A stretch of 63,926 nt of DNA, counting the filler, from Octopus bimaculoides (taxonomy: Eukaryota): assembly GCF_001194135.2 (NCBI RefSeq). It is 5 parts of 5 records of this genome, joined end to end, with 100 filler letters (N's around TTAATTAATTAA, not from the genome) between each part and the next. Parts side by side here need not be neighbours in the genome. Positions count along the whole stretch, not along the records: positions 1 to 28,052 come from NC_068991.1; positions 28,153 to 45,841 come from NC_068998.1; 3 more parts are not named here. One strand, written 5' to 3'. A program made the translations under genes and the position numbers. Below are positions 27,901-42,600 of this stretch, in pieces (position 1 is the first letter of the stretch; the number at the start of each line of letters is the position of its first letter). The notes under the pieces were generated by a model. It worked only from the letters and a program-made list of their open reading frames with translations, ran no database searches and was not told where the DNA came from.

Positions 27901-28096
27901 GTATTCTCACGGAACCTAGCGGTTAAGCAAAAGAGACCGACAGAATAAGTACTACGCTTTAAAAAATGTCCTGGGGTCGATTTGCTCGACTAAAACCCTT
28001 CTGAAACAAGTAAAAATAAAAAAATAAAAGAATATATATATATATATATATANNNNNNNNNNNNNNNNNNNNNNNNNNNNNNNNNNNNNNNNNNNN

Positions 28097-28108
28097 TTAA
28101 TTAATTAA
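28097..28108. other. Artificial scaffold linker (44N-TTAATTAATTAA-44N)
   Basis: Identical 100-nt cassette also at 45886-45897, 55923-55934 and 61615-61626; stops in all six frames. Confidence 0.9.
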
Positions 28109-28152
28109 NNNNNNNNNNNNNNNNNNNNNNNNNNNNNNNNNNNNNNNNNNNN

Positions 28153-28221
<69 letters not shown>

Positions 28222-29650
28222 ATACAGCAAATGAAATACAGAAGATGGAATATACGAGAATTTATTGTTAATCACGACAATTATTTCGACACATCTAGCA
28301 TCGATTCCTTTTGGGTGGGACACTCAACAACTGGCTCAGGAACATCGTCGGGGGATAAATAAATACAACTCGTTAAAATGACTGTTACGCAATGTAACTT
28401 TCCGTTTGTTGAGAGAAAAGCGCCAGGCGGAGGAACACATATGGCAAAAAGAGAAACGAACACGCAATTCAGTGAGAAACGTATTAAAAAAATATATATG
28501 CATGAATGTATGTATGCATATATATATATATGTATATGTGCGTGCGTGTGTGTGTGAATGCTTGTATGTATATATGTATGTATGTGTGTGTGTATATATA
28601 TATGTGTATATATGTATGTATGAATGTATGTTTGTATACACACACATACACATATATATTACAAAGATTTAACAAAAACACAACAAAAGGAAAATTTAAC
28701 AAAAGCACAATTAACGGAAGGTTCATAGCTAATTCATCATCAGTCAACGTCCAGAAGATCCTTACAATTTCGCGCCTTTAACGCTGATATTGTTCACTTA
28801 TGGTGGCGCCAGTGGCAAAAAGCGACTAGGAATAGCTAACGAACGTACAGAACAAGGACAAAAACAAACATCACAAAATAAAATTATACATATACAATGA
28901 AAAAAGGTCGTGCGGCTGTGTGTCAGACTAATATGGGGTAACGCAAAGGAAAATGAAACTGCCCTGTAGGACTGGAAACGAGAAAGAGACTGAGAGAAAG
29001 TCAGAACGAAGGATGAAGTAAACAGGCCATACATGAAAAGTGTCAGATCACGATTCATATATAAAGCCAAATTGAGGCAGTGGAACAGGTAAAATGCACG
29101 CTACATATGTTTTTTATCTAGCTGAAGCTCGTAATGCAATTGCTGTTCAATGAGCTATACTCAATGTAGCTAATCATCTGGTTGAAATTACCTTAACGAA
29201 ATGAATATTACATTGTCGTCCGGAATTTCTAAGTCAGCCACAACACAATGTCGAGTGAATAGAAAAGCCAGTACTAAAAGGTGAAAATAAATTTAGAAAA
29301 CAATAACAATCAGGAAAGAAGTCGAGAGAACCAATGTGCGATAAAGCAATGAGTGAGACCCAAAATATGAAAGAGCGGGTGTAGTTTAGAGTTGAGGAAT
29401 AGGACGAAAAAAGACGAAAAAAAAAAGGATAGAAAGAAATAAAAAGAAGAACAGGATTGTTATCTTTACTGGGAAAGTATTGTGATCATAAACATCTATT
29501 CAAGATTTTGAAGACAGATTTTGCCGACTGCTAGAATGCTGTCGTCTAAGTTTAAAGGGGTGGCGGAGTTGTGGTCGTTTACACTGTAGAACACAAGATG
29601 CCAGTACACCAGCATGCCTGTCTACATCACAATGCATATCCATCCCTGCA

Positions 29651-29744
<94 letters not shown>

Positions 29745-29892
29745 TACACACTAACTCAGACACAAAAATACTTCAGGGTATATAAACACTGTATGTTCAT
29801 TATCGCGAAGGCACGTACACATACATACATAGACGTACACACATACATACATTGCGCATACATATATGCATATGCATGCACATAAATACACG

Positions 29893-29924
<32 letters not shown>

Positions 29925-30680
29925 TACCTATACATATCCATACATAATACATACGCACACACATATGCCTACACGTACATATAAATACACCCATACTCCT
30001 GCACGTGTGTACTCACCTTTAAGCAAGAAGATGTATATATATTATTATTTTGAGAAAGGCAAAAGTCGTAAACATCTGACCGTCCACATTGTATAACAAC
30101 AGCTGCAAATTTTCCCTCATGTCAGACATGAGTTCAAAGACAATCGAAGGACGTCACACATCGCATCAAACACAAAGTGAAGACCTCGACATTGTGTTGC
30201 ATGAATAGTTTTCAGTAAAAGCTCGGAAGGAGTATATATTTCGGGCCCAGGATTATTGAGAAACTAAAGATTTTCAGAAGAAAATGAATATTCGTCCGTA
30301 AACTCTACGTTTCAGGAGAACAAAACTCTGTTATTTAGCCATATATATATATTTTATTGGTAAGAAAATGTGTTGTTAATTAGAGTAAAGAGAATTTCTG
30401 CTAATATGTGTTAATTAATTGCTATAAAAAGCAAGTTTATACTATATCTGTAATGGATTGTTGCTTTCCAAAGCACAATACTTTAGGCCTTTATTTCTTC
30501 ATTTATCTCTCATTTCCGTTATATTCAGAATATTAAGGATAATGAATTTTGTAAGGTGCAATGGTGATTGAAAGGGTGATAATCTGATATTTGGAAAATT
30601 CAATTATCCAGCAATCTTCCGATCCCAATGGTACCGGATAGAAGGAGGGGTTTATGTACATAGATACATAGTAGATACTA

Positions 30681-30722
<42 letters not shown>

Positions 30723-33061
30723 NNNNNNNNNNNNNNNNNNNNNNNNNNNNNNNNNNNNNNNNNNNNNNNNNNNNNNNNNNNNNNNNNNNNNNNNNNNNNN
30801 NNNNNNNNNNNNNNNNNNNNNNNNNNNNNNNNNNNNNNNNNNNNNCACACATCCTTTATATGGACAGTAATTTTATATTTGTATTTGTATTTTTATACGA
30901 ATATATTTGTATCCGCGCTCGTGCACACATTTATTACATCTATATACCAACGCACACACTCTAGGTAAAAGTTCTGTATGAATTATGTTATTTCTTGTTG
31001 TGTGCACGCGCAAAATTACAGCTCAAATCATATGGAAATAGCCTTTTTCTGTCCTGTCATTCCTGATTGTGATGAGCGTATTTCAAAACCTGATTTTCCA
31101 TATAAACTTACAAAGACGTTATCCCAGAAATCCTCTCCTTTACCTGTTGTTTCTAGCATGTCTGAAGTGACACTTGCTTTCTCACCCCTTTTTTCCCCTA
31201 AATTTATTCACATTCCTATGTTTTCCGTACAGGAGATTTACATTCCGTCCAAAAAATACGTTCTCAATATTTTAATTTTCTCCCTCCCAACCCCAAATGT
31301 CTTCATTTGTTTTTCCTTTTTTCCTCATCTTTTTCTTGATAATCCACGGAGAAACAAACAGACAGTAATAGTCTTTAAGAATTTTCTTCTTCCTTTTTTC
31401 TTGAAGAAACACTAACATCTCCTTTCCTAACATCCACCCTTAACCTCGTCACTTTCAAAACACTACACTGTGTGTGTATATGTGTGTGTGTGTATTGTGT
31501 GTGTGTATTGTGTGTGTGTGTACTGTGTGTGTGCGTATGTTCCCTTATGAATTCGAAAATTGAGTTGCCCATTTTGACGCATGCGGTATCAAAAGATTCA
31601 GTAATCTTTCGGCTACCAAATAATGCTCATTTTTTGCATAACAACTCTTTTTTACTAATAAACTAACCTCGGAAACGAAGTCGAGTCGCACAATTTTGTG
31701 GTCATTTTCGAGCAATATTTCGATTTGCTTCTAATGTTTCACTTTCGTCCGATGTTTCAGGCATGCGTAGAATTCTACTGAAATATCACATGTAAAAAAA
31801 ATTTGCATTATCTCTCTCTTTCAATTTCTCCTTCTAATGTATGGAAACACTATGTTGTCAACGACATGTTACAACTTCACTAACTTCATCGATATATGAC
31901 TAAACCAGCATTTCATTTTATTTCTTACACACTTTGCTATCAATTATATAGATAATTCCAAACATGGTCTGTAAAGATAATTTATTTCTTAAGCTTTCAC
32001 AGCTCACAGTTCTTAAGCTTTCATAGTTCATGAAGCCATACATCACTCCATCACTACTGCTCAGCCACTGCACGCCAGCATAACCCATTTATTTTCAAGA
32101 AACATAGCGTCTGTATACATTTATACCAAGCAACCTACATCACTAACACTGTTTACTCATATCCTTATATATCCATATACATATAGCCTCAAAAGTCCAT
32201 TCTTTATTCTGTTGGCCTCAACATTGATATAAACTGATACCGAATATGCTTGCAGAAAACCATAATACTTTTGAACACGGCCTTTTCATTGGAGAGGCTA
32301 ATGTTTATCTATGTGTTTCGCAGTTATCAACGAATATTATGGGACGGGTAAGAACTATTTCAGCTTCTACATTACCCGATTTGTAGCCATGAAAAGGAGT
32401 TGCCAATACTGCTGTATTAGATATCAAAACATTGAGCAATCTTTCGGCTGCAAGATAAAGACGCACCACGTGACAGTACGACCCCACTCGATGGTGCTGG
32501 TCGGCCGACTGATGCCTGAGGGTCACATCAAGTGGCTTCTAGCGGTGAAAGCCTGAACTACAACGAGCTTGTCCCACAGAGAACGTCTCCGTTTACTTTT
32601 GGGTACCCCTATATATATATATACTGTTGTGTCTGGGGAGAGTCATTCTCTTTTAGTGTCTTACAATTAACACACTCACCGGTATAATTTCCTCTCATTT
32701 ACATACATTTACATACATACATACATACATACATGTATACACATACTTATATGCATGCATACATACATACATATATGTGTATGCGTACACACACTAACCC
32801 ACACATGTGCACAAACAAACAAAAAGAACGCAGCTTGAATAACGGACAGAGTCAACAACTATTGAAAAGGTTGCAAGCCTGAAAGAAAATTTTAGAAAAA
32901 TAATAAGTAAATGAGTGGAAATTTTACCGGTGACTGTGTTAAATTATAAGGCACTAAAAGAGAATGACTCTCCCTAGACACAACAGAATATGCTTCAACA
33001 CAAGAACTCACATAAAGAATCTTGCAAACCAAATCCAAAAACGAAATATATATATATATAG

Positions 33062-33112
<51 letters not shown>

Positions 33113-33260
33113 NNNNNNNNNNNNNNNNNNNNNNNNNNNNNNNNNNNNNNNNNNNNNNNNNNNNNNNNNNNNNNNNNNNNNNNNNNNNNNNNNNNNNNNN
33201 NNNNNNNNNNNNNNNNNNNNNNNNNNNNNNNNNNNNNNNNNNNNNNNNNNNNNNNNNNNN

Positions 33261-33314
<54 letters not shown>

Positions 33315-34409
33315 TGCATGTGTGTGCCGAAGGAAGTTATTTTGACATGCCTTTCTTAATTGCAAAAGAAGAAAAAGTTGTAGAGTACTTTCAAAACTGT
33401 AGTTGAGCCGTGATTATGAAGGCGTGAAGAAGTGTGTGCGTGTATTTGTATGGTTGATGCGCCCAAGAAACATATATGAATTATTTATATAATTGATAGC
33501 AAAGTGTGTAAACGATGGAATGAAATCCTTGTTTCGTCATATATCGATGAAGTTAGCGAGGTTGTAACATGTTGTTGGCAACATAGTGTCTCCATACATT
33601 ATAGTGAGAAATTGAAAGAGAACGATAATGCCAAATTCTACGCATGCGTGAAACATTGGACGAAAGTGAAACATTAGAAACAAATCAAAATATTGCCCGA
33701 AAACGACCTCAAAATTGTGCGACCCGACCTCGTTTCCAACGTTATCAGTGTCTCCTCTCCCGCTTTCCTCCTCTCTTTGTGTCGGCTTTCTTTCATTTGC
33801 ACATATATAATATATATATATATATACATTGATTGGTATGTGTTGTCCAACCCACTATCCGGCAGCGTCCAATTCTCTAACGGTTTTTTTTCAAATGAAT
33901 CAAGTCATAACCTTATCCATCTATTGTTTTCATAATCGGTCATAATGTCTTACGTTTAAGATGATTCCCATGCTTTCCCTGATGAGAAGGTTACAATTTT
34001 AATATCAAAGATCCCTATGGATCACACAGGTTGTAATCCTTTGAAACATATGTAGGAATAAAGTATGCAATTATAACATGTGTTTTCTCCAATCCTTAAA
34101 TTCTTATATATATATATATACAGGATGAAACATCAGCCTCTTTCTTTGCCCCGCTATCCCTCTGTCTTTCAACTTCCATAGAAAGTTGTTTTCTCTCTCT
34201 GTTTTTTCTTCTTCTCTCTGTCTTTTTCTCATTCTGTGTTTCTCTCGCTCATACATATTCTAGAAAGATTATAATGTTAACTTTTTGTAATGCAAATCTA
34301 TAAATGAAAATAAAGTTAATTTGATGGCCGAACAATTACTAAATCTTTTGATACCTCATACATCAAAGTCGACAACTCAATTTTCGAATCCATAAGGAAC
34401 ATACGCACA

Positions 34410-34495
<86 letters not shown>

Positions 34496-34557
34496 CACAC
34501 ACATAAACTCTCTTTTGTATGTTAAGATAAATGAATTCATAATATGATAGTAAAAGT

Positions 34558-34752
34558 GGCAATAGGCAGCAAGCTGGCAGAATCGTTAGCACACCGCGGA
34601 AAATGCTTAGCGGCATTTCGTCGGTCCTTATGTTCTGAGTTCAAATCCCGCCGAGGTCGACTTTATATTTTATCCTTTCGAGATTGATCAAATAAGTACC
34701 AGTTGAGCAGTGGGCGTGATGTAATCGACTTACCCTCTCTCCGAAATTTCTG
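34558..34752 (+). mobile_element. SINE family B
   Basis: GGCAGCAAGCTGGCAGAATCGTTAGCAC...GAGTTCAAATCCCGCCGAGGTCGAC. Other copies: 1645-1856(-), 7520-7725(-), 50640-50785(-), 57625-57800(-), 61072-61270(+). Confidence 0.85.
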
Positions 34753-37029
34753 ACTTAATATATTTTTTTTTACATATATAAACCATATGCATTTCTTCGG
34801 ACAAAGTTTCAAAAATAACATACCGATTCTCTGTCAAGTTTCATAAAAATCGGCCGGTATAACAATTAACCCTTTTATATATATATCACTAAGCTTAATT
34901 TCACAAAACAAAAATATGATTGTTTTGATTCATATGTAACACAAGAAATGTCCAAATAGTAGATCAGTTCAAAAGTACTAATGACTTGTAGGCACGCGGT
35001 ATTTCGTTATGCACCCGTAATATACTATAAAGTACATTAAACGTTTTTATAAGTCAATGCCGCGTTCTACCGCGTTAGCAGTGCGCTTCTACAATACTTG
35101 TTATGGTTATCTCATTGTTTGTTTACATCTGACGTCTCATATACGAAACGTCGTAGCAAAAATCAGTGATAGCTATAATCTCTATAGAATATTTGAAGAG
35201 ATAACCTTAACAAGTAATTCAAAAGTGTCCAACGGATAAGGTGAATTTGTAGCGACTGGAAATTGCGCGTCTAAGTGAGTCAGTGAGAGTAGGCGTAAAC
35301 TGTGAAGCCAGCAGTTCATTCAGCAATAGAAATTGAGACTTTAATTAAACTATTTTTGAGATCATACTAATACTTTAATTATTACGAATTTTATTTAGTG
35401 TAATCAGCGGCCAACGCACAAGCTTCCTTTTTTGAAAGTATTATGTATACACACACATATGTATATATNNNNNNNNNNNNNNNNNNNNNNNNNNNNNNNN
35501 NNNNNNNNNNNNNNNNNNNNNNNNNNNNNNNNNNNNNNNNNNNNNNNNNNNNNNNNNNNNNNNNNNNNNNNNNNNNNNNNNNNNNNNNNNNNNNNNNNNN
35601 NNNNNNNNNNNNNNNNNNNNNNNNNNNNNNNNNNNNNNNNNNNNNNNNNNNNNNNNNNNNNNNNNNNNNNNNNNNNNNNNNNNNNNNNNNNNNNNNNNNN
35701 NNNNNNNNNNNNNNNNNNNNNNNNNNNNNNNNNNNNNNNNNNNNNNNNNNNNNNNNNNNNNNNNNNNNNNNNNNNNNNNNNNNNNNNNNNNNNNNNNNNN
35801 NNNNNNNNNNNNNNNNNNNNNNNNNNNNNNNNNNNNNNNNNNNNNNNNNNNNNNNNNNNNNNNNNNNNNNNNNNNNNNNNNNNNNNNNNNNNNNNNNNNN
35901 NNNNNNNNNNNNNNNNNNNNNNNNNNNNNNNNNNNNNNNNNNNNNNNNNNNNNNNNNNNNNNNNNNNNNNNNNNNNNNNNNNNNNNNNNNNNNNNNNNNN
36001 NNNNNNNNNNNNNNNNTGTAAAAGTATAGGACAAGCTATTACTTCTAGTAAAGTGAAGAACAAAAAACTTTTTACTTAAAATATTGCAGCAAAGAATGCG
36101 AGTTCTTCTAATTTATCACACTTTACAGTTCTCATCTTTTAAATTTTTTGTGCAAAACTGTTCAGCTAATTTGTAAGTCTATTTAGTCACTTTTTTCTGT
36201 ATTTAAGGTAGTAAATTAGCCAAATTCTACTCAAATAAGTATAGTGTTATTTGTAAACTATAATAAAATAAGTTTTTATATTCAAATTTTAATTTTAGCT
36301 GCAATATTTTATGTAAAGTTTCTTAAGTAAAGTAAAGTAAAGTAAAGAATAAGTAAAGTTTCTTACTAGAAGCTTGTCCTGTACTTTTACAGGTGTAATA
36401 ACTTGTCCTGTACTTTTACAGGTTTATAATCTTAAGAATATTACTTTTCATGCTCGCATTTTTCCATATAATCCATAATTTTTTCAGGCATTGCTGTTAT
36501 AAGATAATCAATAATGTGTCAATTAATAATTTAAGATTTTATCTTATAAAATACTAAAAGATAATATTTCAATTTTTCTATGTAAGTGATGATAATATTT
36601 CAGTTTTTTTCGTGTTTAATTTAAATATATGTTGTGATTGAATTATTTGATGTTACCCACCCACACGAAATTAATGGCAGGAATCTTTACCATGTTGTTG
36701 GTTGCACCATGGCTCACCAAAAGTTACAAACAAGGCCCCAAGACCATCAGTTAGCAGGCTCACCTTAAGTAACCAAATTTTGCAATATTAGGAGGTCACA
36801 GGAATACATTCAACGAAAAAAAAAATTTCCAATGATTCCGGGATTGGTGGGGAGAACCCCCCCCTCATTTTTCCGAACCAAAATAAGGGATTTGCAGCAT
36901 ATTAAGAGGTCAGGGTACTTGATTCTACGCAAAAAATCAAATTTTTTTTCTTAGTGAAGATCGTGCGGGTGTTAATATAGAAATTGACCATAATGTTGTT
37001 ATTTAGCTTCAAATAAACCCTGATACTGC

Positions 37030-37180
37030 AAACGTATCATCAAAGACATTCCAGCCTTCAGCAAACTGTCTTTTTAGGGATAATCTAGGACATTACATAC
37101 AATGGGCGTGTCGTTTAGGTAGGGGGATACTTTGGCTGCTATTTTTAGTGTGTCGAGCAACCGGGTGGAGGCTCTTTCAT
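37030..37180 (+). repeat. Unclassified dispersed repeat; relatives near 7260-7420(-), 11300-11345, 59390-59470
   Basis: Shared GTTATTTAGC...AAAGACATTCCAGCC and TTGGCTGCTATTT segments, diverged. Confidence 0.5.
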
Positions 37181-37682
37181 TGGTTCGATTGCGTGATGAG
37201 ATCTTTTTTTACACATGTATGTAATATGTATATATATATCATCGGCAGAAGTTAGAGAGTAAGTCAAGAGTTGAGAGTTTCGTGTATTGGCACTTATCAA
37301 ACACGAATTTGTCCATTGTCACTCTGTAACTTGTGACTAAATACAAAATTTTGTCAAAAACGTTAAGAGTAAACCCTGTCCTATGTGATACATTCTACCA
37401 GTACCGGAAGTTTGTCTTTTCTGCAGACGAAGTAGGATTTGGATATTTTAAACAATTTCTATTAAATAACTCCCATTTGTAGATATTTATAAGTAGTTAT
37501 GGATTTCTCTACACTCAACGCTCCTGTTGGGGCCTTGTTAACCAAATTTCATTTCTGAAAATCATTGTTCAAGCCAGACACAGGCATCCACTAAGATGCT
37601 GGATTACAAAACTAATTTCGAGAGACAAAAAGTTGATGATGAATTTGAAAGAGGTGTTTGAATATTTGATAAAAATAATAGG

Positions 37683-37845
37683 CTCAGGCGTGGCTGTGTA
37701 GTAAGAAGCTTGCTTCCCAACCACATGGTTCCGGGTTCAGACCCACTACGTGGCACCTTGGGCAAGTGTCTTCTACTATAGCCTCGGGCCGACCAAAGCC
37801 TTGTGAGTGGATTTGGTAGACGGAAACTGAAAGAAACCCGTCATA

Positions 37846-37886
<41 letters not shown>

Positions 37887-38135
37887 ATATGTCTATATCC
37901 ATGTGTGTGTGTCTTTGTGTCTGTGTTCGTCCTCGCACCACTGCTTGACAACCCCCCGTGTTGGTGTGTTTGCGTCCCCGTAACTTAATGGTTCGGCTAA
38001 AGAGGCCGATAGAATAAGTACCGGGCTTATTCTATCTTAAAAATTAAGTCCTGGGGCCGATTCATTCGACAATCAATTCAAGACGGTGCCACAACATGGC
38101 CGCAATCTAATGACTGAAATAAGTAAAAGATAAAA
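37683..38135 (+). mobile_element. tRNA-headed SINE, family A, full length with internal microsatellite
   Basis: GGCGTGGCTGTGTAGTAAGAAGCTTG...GGGTTCAGACCC head, CTTGGGCAAGTGTCTT body, tail AATGACTGAAATAAGTAAAAGATAAAAG. Confidence 0.85.
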
Positions 38136-38149
38136 GATACAAGTTTGTT

Positions 38150-39420
38150 CACAGATTGTTCAGGAGAAAGAATTGACTTCTGGTTTTTCTAAAAACATTG
38201 CAGTTGCTTTTAATAGAAACTTTCTATTATAAAACTGGCTGATACATAACTCTGATCGGTACTCAGCTTTATACATTCAGCTGAGTCAAGATAATACGAA
38301 TAAAACAAGCTCTGGCTTTAAGACGATGCTCTCAGTAAAGCCAGAGACTTTGTCCATGAGAGGGACAACTTCATTATTGCTGTTGAATCCAAAGCCCTTC
38401 TAAAAATCTTTGATGACAGATCACTTGAAAATAACTCACATCCAACTGGAAATATTCAACTAGATAAAATTCACTTTAGAGATGACATTTCTTCCCTCAC
38501 AGAAGAAGTATGTAATGATTATGTCCTATTAATTGCATTTTCACTAATTACCAGCCTTCATCAATCAATTTTTGCTACCAATTACGAATACTATTGATGA
38601 CCTGGTAAACTCATCAGTAATCTCAGCGTTTCACTCACTGTAACAGTGAAGAATATAAAACAGTTGAAAAGTATCATTTTCGTTTGCACTTACACACAAC
38701 TGACACGTGTTGAAGGCTTATTTTAGAAAATGCTACCATTTCAACAATCATTACAATGAAGCAACCCACCGATACCATTTGTCTACCCAGAATATTCTAC
38801 TAGATACATCTATTCAGATCCTTTTCGCTGTAAAGGAATATATACAAAGCGTCATCGTCATCAGCAGATGTCAATTGACCAATCGTAGAAAGATCAATCG
38901 ATAGTGCCAAGGGCTTCATTGAAAATCTCCCCAGAAAATTTGTCCATATGGAATATCTGATAAATTGTCATATGAAGTTAGACCAGGTTACACGTAGTCC
39001 TCAGCAACAGACTTCTTTATAACCCGGATCGTTAATCGACAACTTTCATTGGTCACTTCCTACACAACAACAATTTCTGTGGTGATATAGAAGTGAAAAA
39101 TAGTAAAACACCGTATCATTGACAACACTGGATCAAGTTCTGAATTGGATACACGTCTCCCGAATAGCTATGCGTCAATATTGTAACACACCAGATATAA
39201 CACAAAATGTCACCATCACCAGAAATTTCCATATTTAGACGCGCAATAAAGAATTTCAACCTTATAAGACATGGCTGGAAATAATTTTTGTGCGGGAAGA
39301 AAATCTTCACAGTCTGCACATGTAAATTGATTGAGTTCGGTAATATGTTATGGGAATAAAGTCAGATTAAAAAATCAGTTAAGACCAAACTCCCGAAAAT
39401 GGGATGTCGTGATCCACAGC
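38150..39420 (+). mobile_element. Degenerate Gypsy pol relic (RNase H, integrase)
   Basis: ALSKARDFVHERDNFIIAV..KALLKIFDDRSLEN (RNase H) and SN*PIVERSIDSAKGFIENL (integrase) remnants. Confidence 0.6.
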
Positions 39421-40017
39421 TGAACATTATATAATGGTTCCAAAAGAATTAATGATTAACCTCAGCTATAACTAATGGAAATTCAAACATACAGTCAACT
39501 CCAAATGAAACTTTGTTCAAAGAGTCAACAATATTCTTAATTTTCAACCTTCTTGTGATTCAAACATTTCAAGGAATCGTAGCATACGGTTAATGCTCAA
39601 TAATATTAAGATCATTAACAATTATAAAACATACCTGGCAATAATCTTCTATCAACAACAGCTTCCCTGATATAGAAAATTTTAGAAGTCATTTTTATTG
39701 TTTAAGTTTTCTTTATCATAAATACCTCCAGTAACTAAAAGGAAGATAGCGAATATTACATTTAATTCCGCACCGTCTTCTGCATCTATGCTTAATAAAG
39801 TATTATATTGTAACATTATAGTATCTTTCTCACTTCATATATTCTGAACTCTGTCAGTTTTTTCGTGTTGTACTAAATACAAAATAGATAGCATTCTTAT
39901 CTAATATTTCAGTTCATTTTGAAGAAAGAGACAGAAAGAGGAGAGGGAGAGAAAGGGAAAAATACAATGCACACTACAGAAATACATGCATACAAATATA
40001 TTTACAGTTTCTCTGCA

Positions 40018-40077
<60 letters not shown>

Positions 40078-40129
40078 ATGACACTCAACTGTCAACTTGT
40101 AATATAATAAACATACATGCATACATATA

Positions 40130-41322
40130 CAAGGTGCGCGAGGTATTTGAGGACATAACTGGTAATTTGATGAAAGCATCTAATCTAGCAAAAACCAAGT
40201 GTATTTTGATAAAAATTCGTGAGGTTGGCCCTGATAAGCTCTGCTATAAGATTATTCTATGAACCGCCTTCAGCTTCGATGATTGCTTCAATGCAGGACC
40301 AGAATCGTTGACATGCTTTCATTAAATAGTTCTTAATCATTTAGGACACCACCTGGACAATGGCGGCTTTCAGTGAAGCTATGGTATTGTGAATGTCGAA
40401 TAGTTTCCCTTTCAACAAAGCTCCAATAGTATTAATTGAAGGAATTTAAACTGGCCACAAGTTTGGTGTTGCATGATCGCAAAAATTGTTTGAAATCTAT
40501 TCTTGGGTGAGGTGGGCTTTGTGAGAAAGTGCTGAGTCTTGTTGAAACATTTATGGCCTTCTACTGCCTTCCATCTAGAGTTTGACAACTATCTCCTTCA
40601 CCTCAATGCATACAGAAGCATTAATTCTAAGATTCTATGGGAAGATATGAAGTGGCATGACCTTTATGATTCATCACACCTAAAACCCATCACAATTGCT
40701 AGAAACTTAGTGTTCATCACTCTGGGGACATCAAAAAGATCTGCATATAAACCAGCTGTCATTTCTCCTATTAGACTTTTGGCCTTGGTCGAATCTTTTC
40801 TTCAGAGAAGAAAAGCAGTCTATGTTCGTGAGGGTTTTTAATCTTATTAAGTAATCGCTTGGAGCGGACCAGACTGTTTTCATACGTCTTTGCAATGAAT
40901 TGGTCTCTCCTTAGTACATACGACTTGTATCGAATATCCTTGTGAACCACAGTTCTGATAGTCCACTTCGATACCTGAGATACTTTGGAGATGGCTCTCA
41001 TTGACTTCCCGGGATTATCATCAATATTTTGAAGCCGTTGGATGAATTGGGGTGTCTGAATGTTTAGAATGTGTTTTCTCTTTGATACAGTTGAAACATT
41101 TACGCCAGAGCCTTCCAATACCATCCGAAGATTGTGCACAAAAGATCTTGTAACTTCAGAACGCTGGAAATTTCTAATCAGTGTTCCGCACATATGGCCA
41201 CAATGACTGCATGTCTTTTCATTTCTTGTTAGAATTTTATCTGAAAGAAATAAAAACTTTTTAATTGGTTTGTAAAGAGTATATACCGAAATTACGTATC
41301 TTTAAATACTCTTTGCATCCTG
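40130..41322 (-). mobile_element. maT/DD37D-like Tc1-mariner superfamily transposon, decayed
   Basis: DDNPGKSMRAISK..QVSKWTIRTVVHKDIRYKSY...LLFFSEEK; degenerate TIRs CAAGGTGCGCGAGGTATTT vs CAGGATGCAAAGAGTATTT. Confidence 0.7.
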
Positions 41323-41334
41323 TGNNNNNNNNNN

Positions 41335-41370
<36 letters not shown>

Positions 41371-41459
41371 TGTGTGTGCACATACATATACACAATACAG
41401 ATATACATAATACATACATACATACATACATTGTGGGATATTGTTTTGTTGTAAGAAGA

Positions 41460-42600
41460 GAGTTCTGACTGCCATAATTTTCTAAGTCTGGCATAATGTT
41501 CTTGGGTCATACCATCTTTATTCACAACACCTTCGAATGCTATGGCTTCATCAATGTCTAGATACTTTTTGTGCATTCTTTTTGTGGGACAGGAAAGATA
41601 GTGAAACCTTTGCTGCACAGGTTTGGGTGGGTGGGCGGAGCTGATTTTCCACATTCAATAGTTGATTATGAACATTTCTTTTGGCCAAATTCCATTTCGA
41701 TGTCAGCTGAAAATGTTGTTATTAATTCCAGCTGTTTTTTGGCATTGTTAACAGTTATCTTGAGTTTATTCACAAAGAAATTGTGGGTTACACTTAATAT
41801 CCTTAGCAGTTGCATATCCTAACATATAACCATTTGATTTTTGTAACAGGAATGATTAATGGATTCAATGCCAAAATTAACAGAATTTTAAAAAAGTCTA
41901 TCTCCTTGAAATATCCCATCAGAAATATAAATCACATTGGAGACGATCGTTCAGCTCTCAGTTCTAAGTGTACGAATTGTTGCCTAGATCTTTGTGAGCC
42001 TCTATATGGAAGCAATTAAGATAGCAGACATTTTTTCAGCAGCCATGGGGAAGAGAGTTTAATGCCTTTCTATAATCAAACCATACTGTTGCAAAGCTTC
42101 TGTGGTGTTTTTTATACCAGACAATACAGTTTCGTTTATCAAAAGTTGATTGGCGCATACCCACAATCCTTTCTTTCCACTCGCATGCTCATCAGACACT
42201 ACGTTGTTGGACTTACAATGATTCTGGAGGAATTGATTAAGGCAGCTTTGTACAGCTTGTTCATAATTCTTAGGCAAGCAATGGGCCTATAATTTTCACT
42301 CAATTCGGTGGTTTCATCCTTGGCTACAAAATTCTATAGCAAGTCAATTTGGTATGTCAAGCTAACTTTCCGTAGTGCTTTTGAATATACATTCCTGTAA
42401 AATGTCAACCTCTTGTATCAGTATGCAACTATTAGGTCCCTTCCACATGCCTTCCAATTATGCAGTTTGCTTACAGCTAGGGTGAAAGTTTCCGGCTCAA
42501 TTGTATCTATTGATGTTGGTACAGTATTCTCTCCTTACTGCATTTAGCCACGATGCATTAAGGTTGAAATACCTATTTTCTTTCCAGTTTTTCAAGCGGG
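41460..42600 (-). mobile_element. Degenerate non-LTR RT fragment, R4/Dong-like
   Basis: EHASGKKGLWVCANQLLINETV, GIFQGD, QLELITTFSADIEMEFGQKKC, KYLDIDE...LRKLWQSELSSYNK; several frameshifts. Confidence 0.75.

Noticed and set aside
28270-28355. Possible hammerhead on the minus strand (CCGACGATG...GAAAT)
   Set aside because: Core and stem II are too degenerate to support.
29480-29650. Short open frames next to (CA)n (VNDHNSATPLNLDDSILAVGK)
   Set aside because: No domain similarity and no linked exon.
32300-32600. Possible mariner 5' remnant (…GRPTDA)
   Set aside because: Only one weak motif and no TIR identified.
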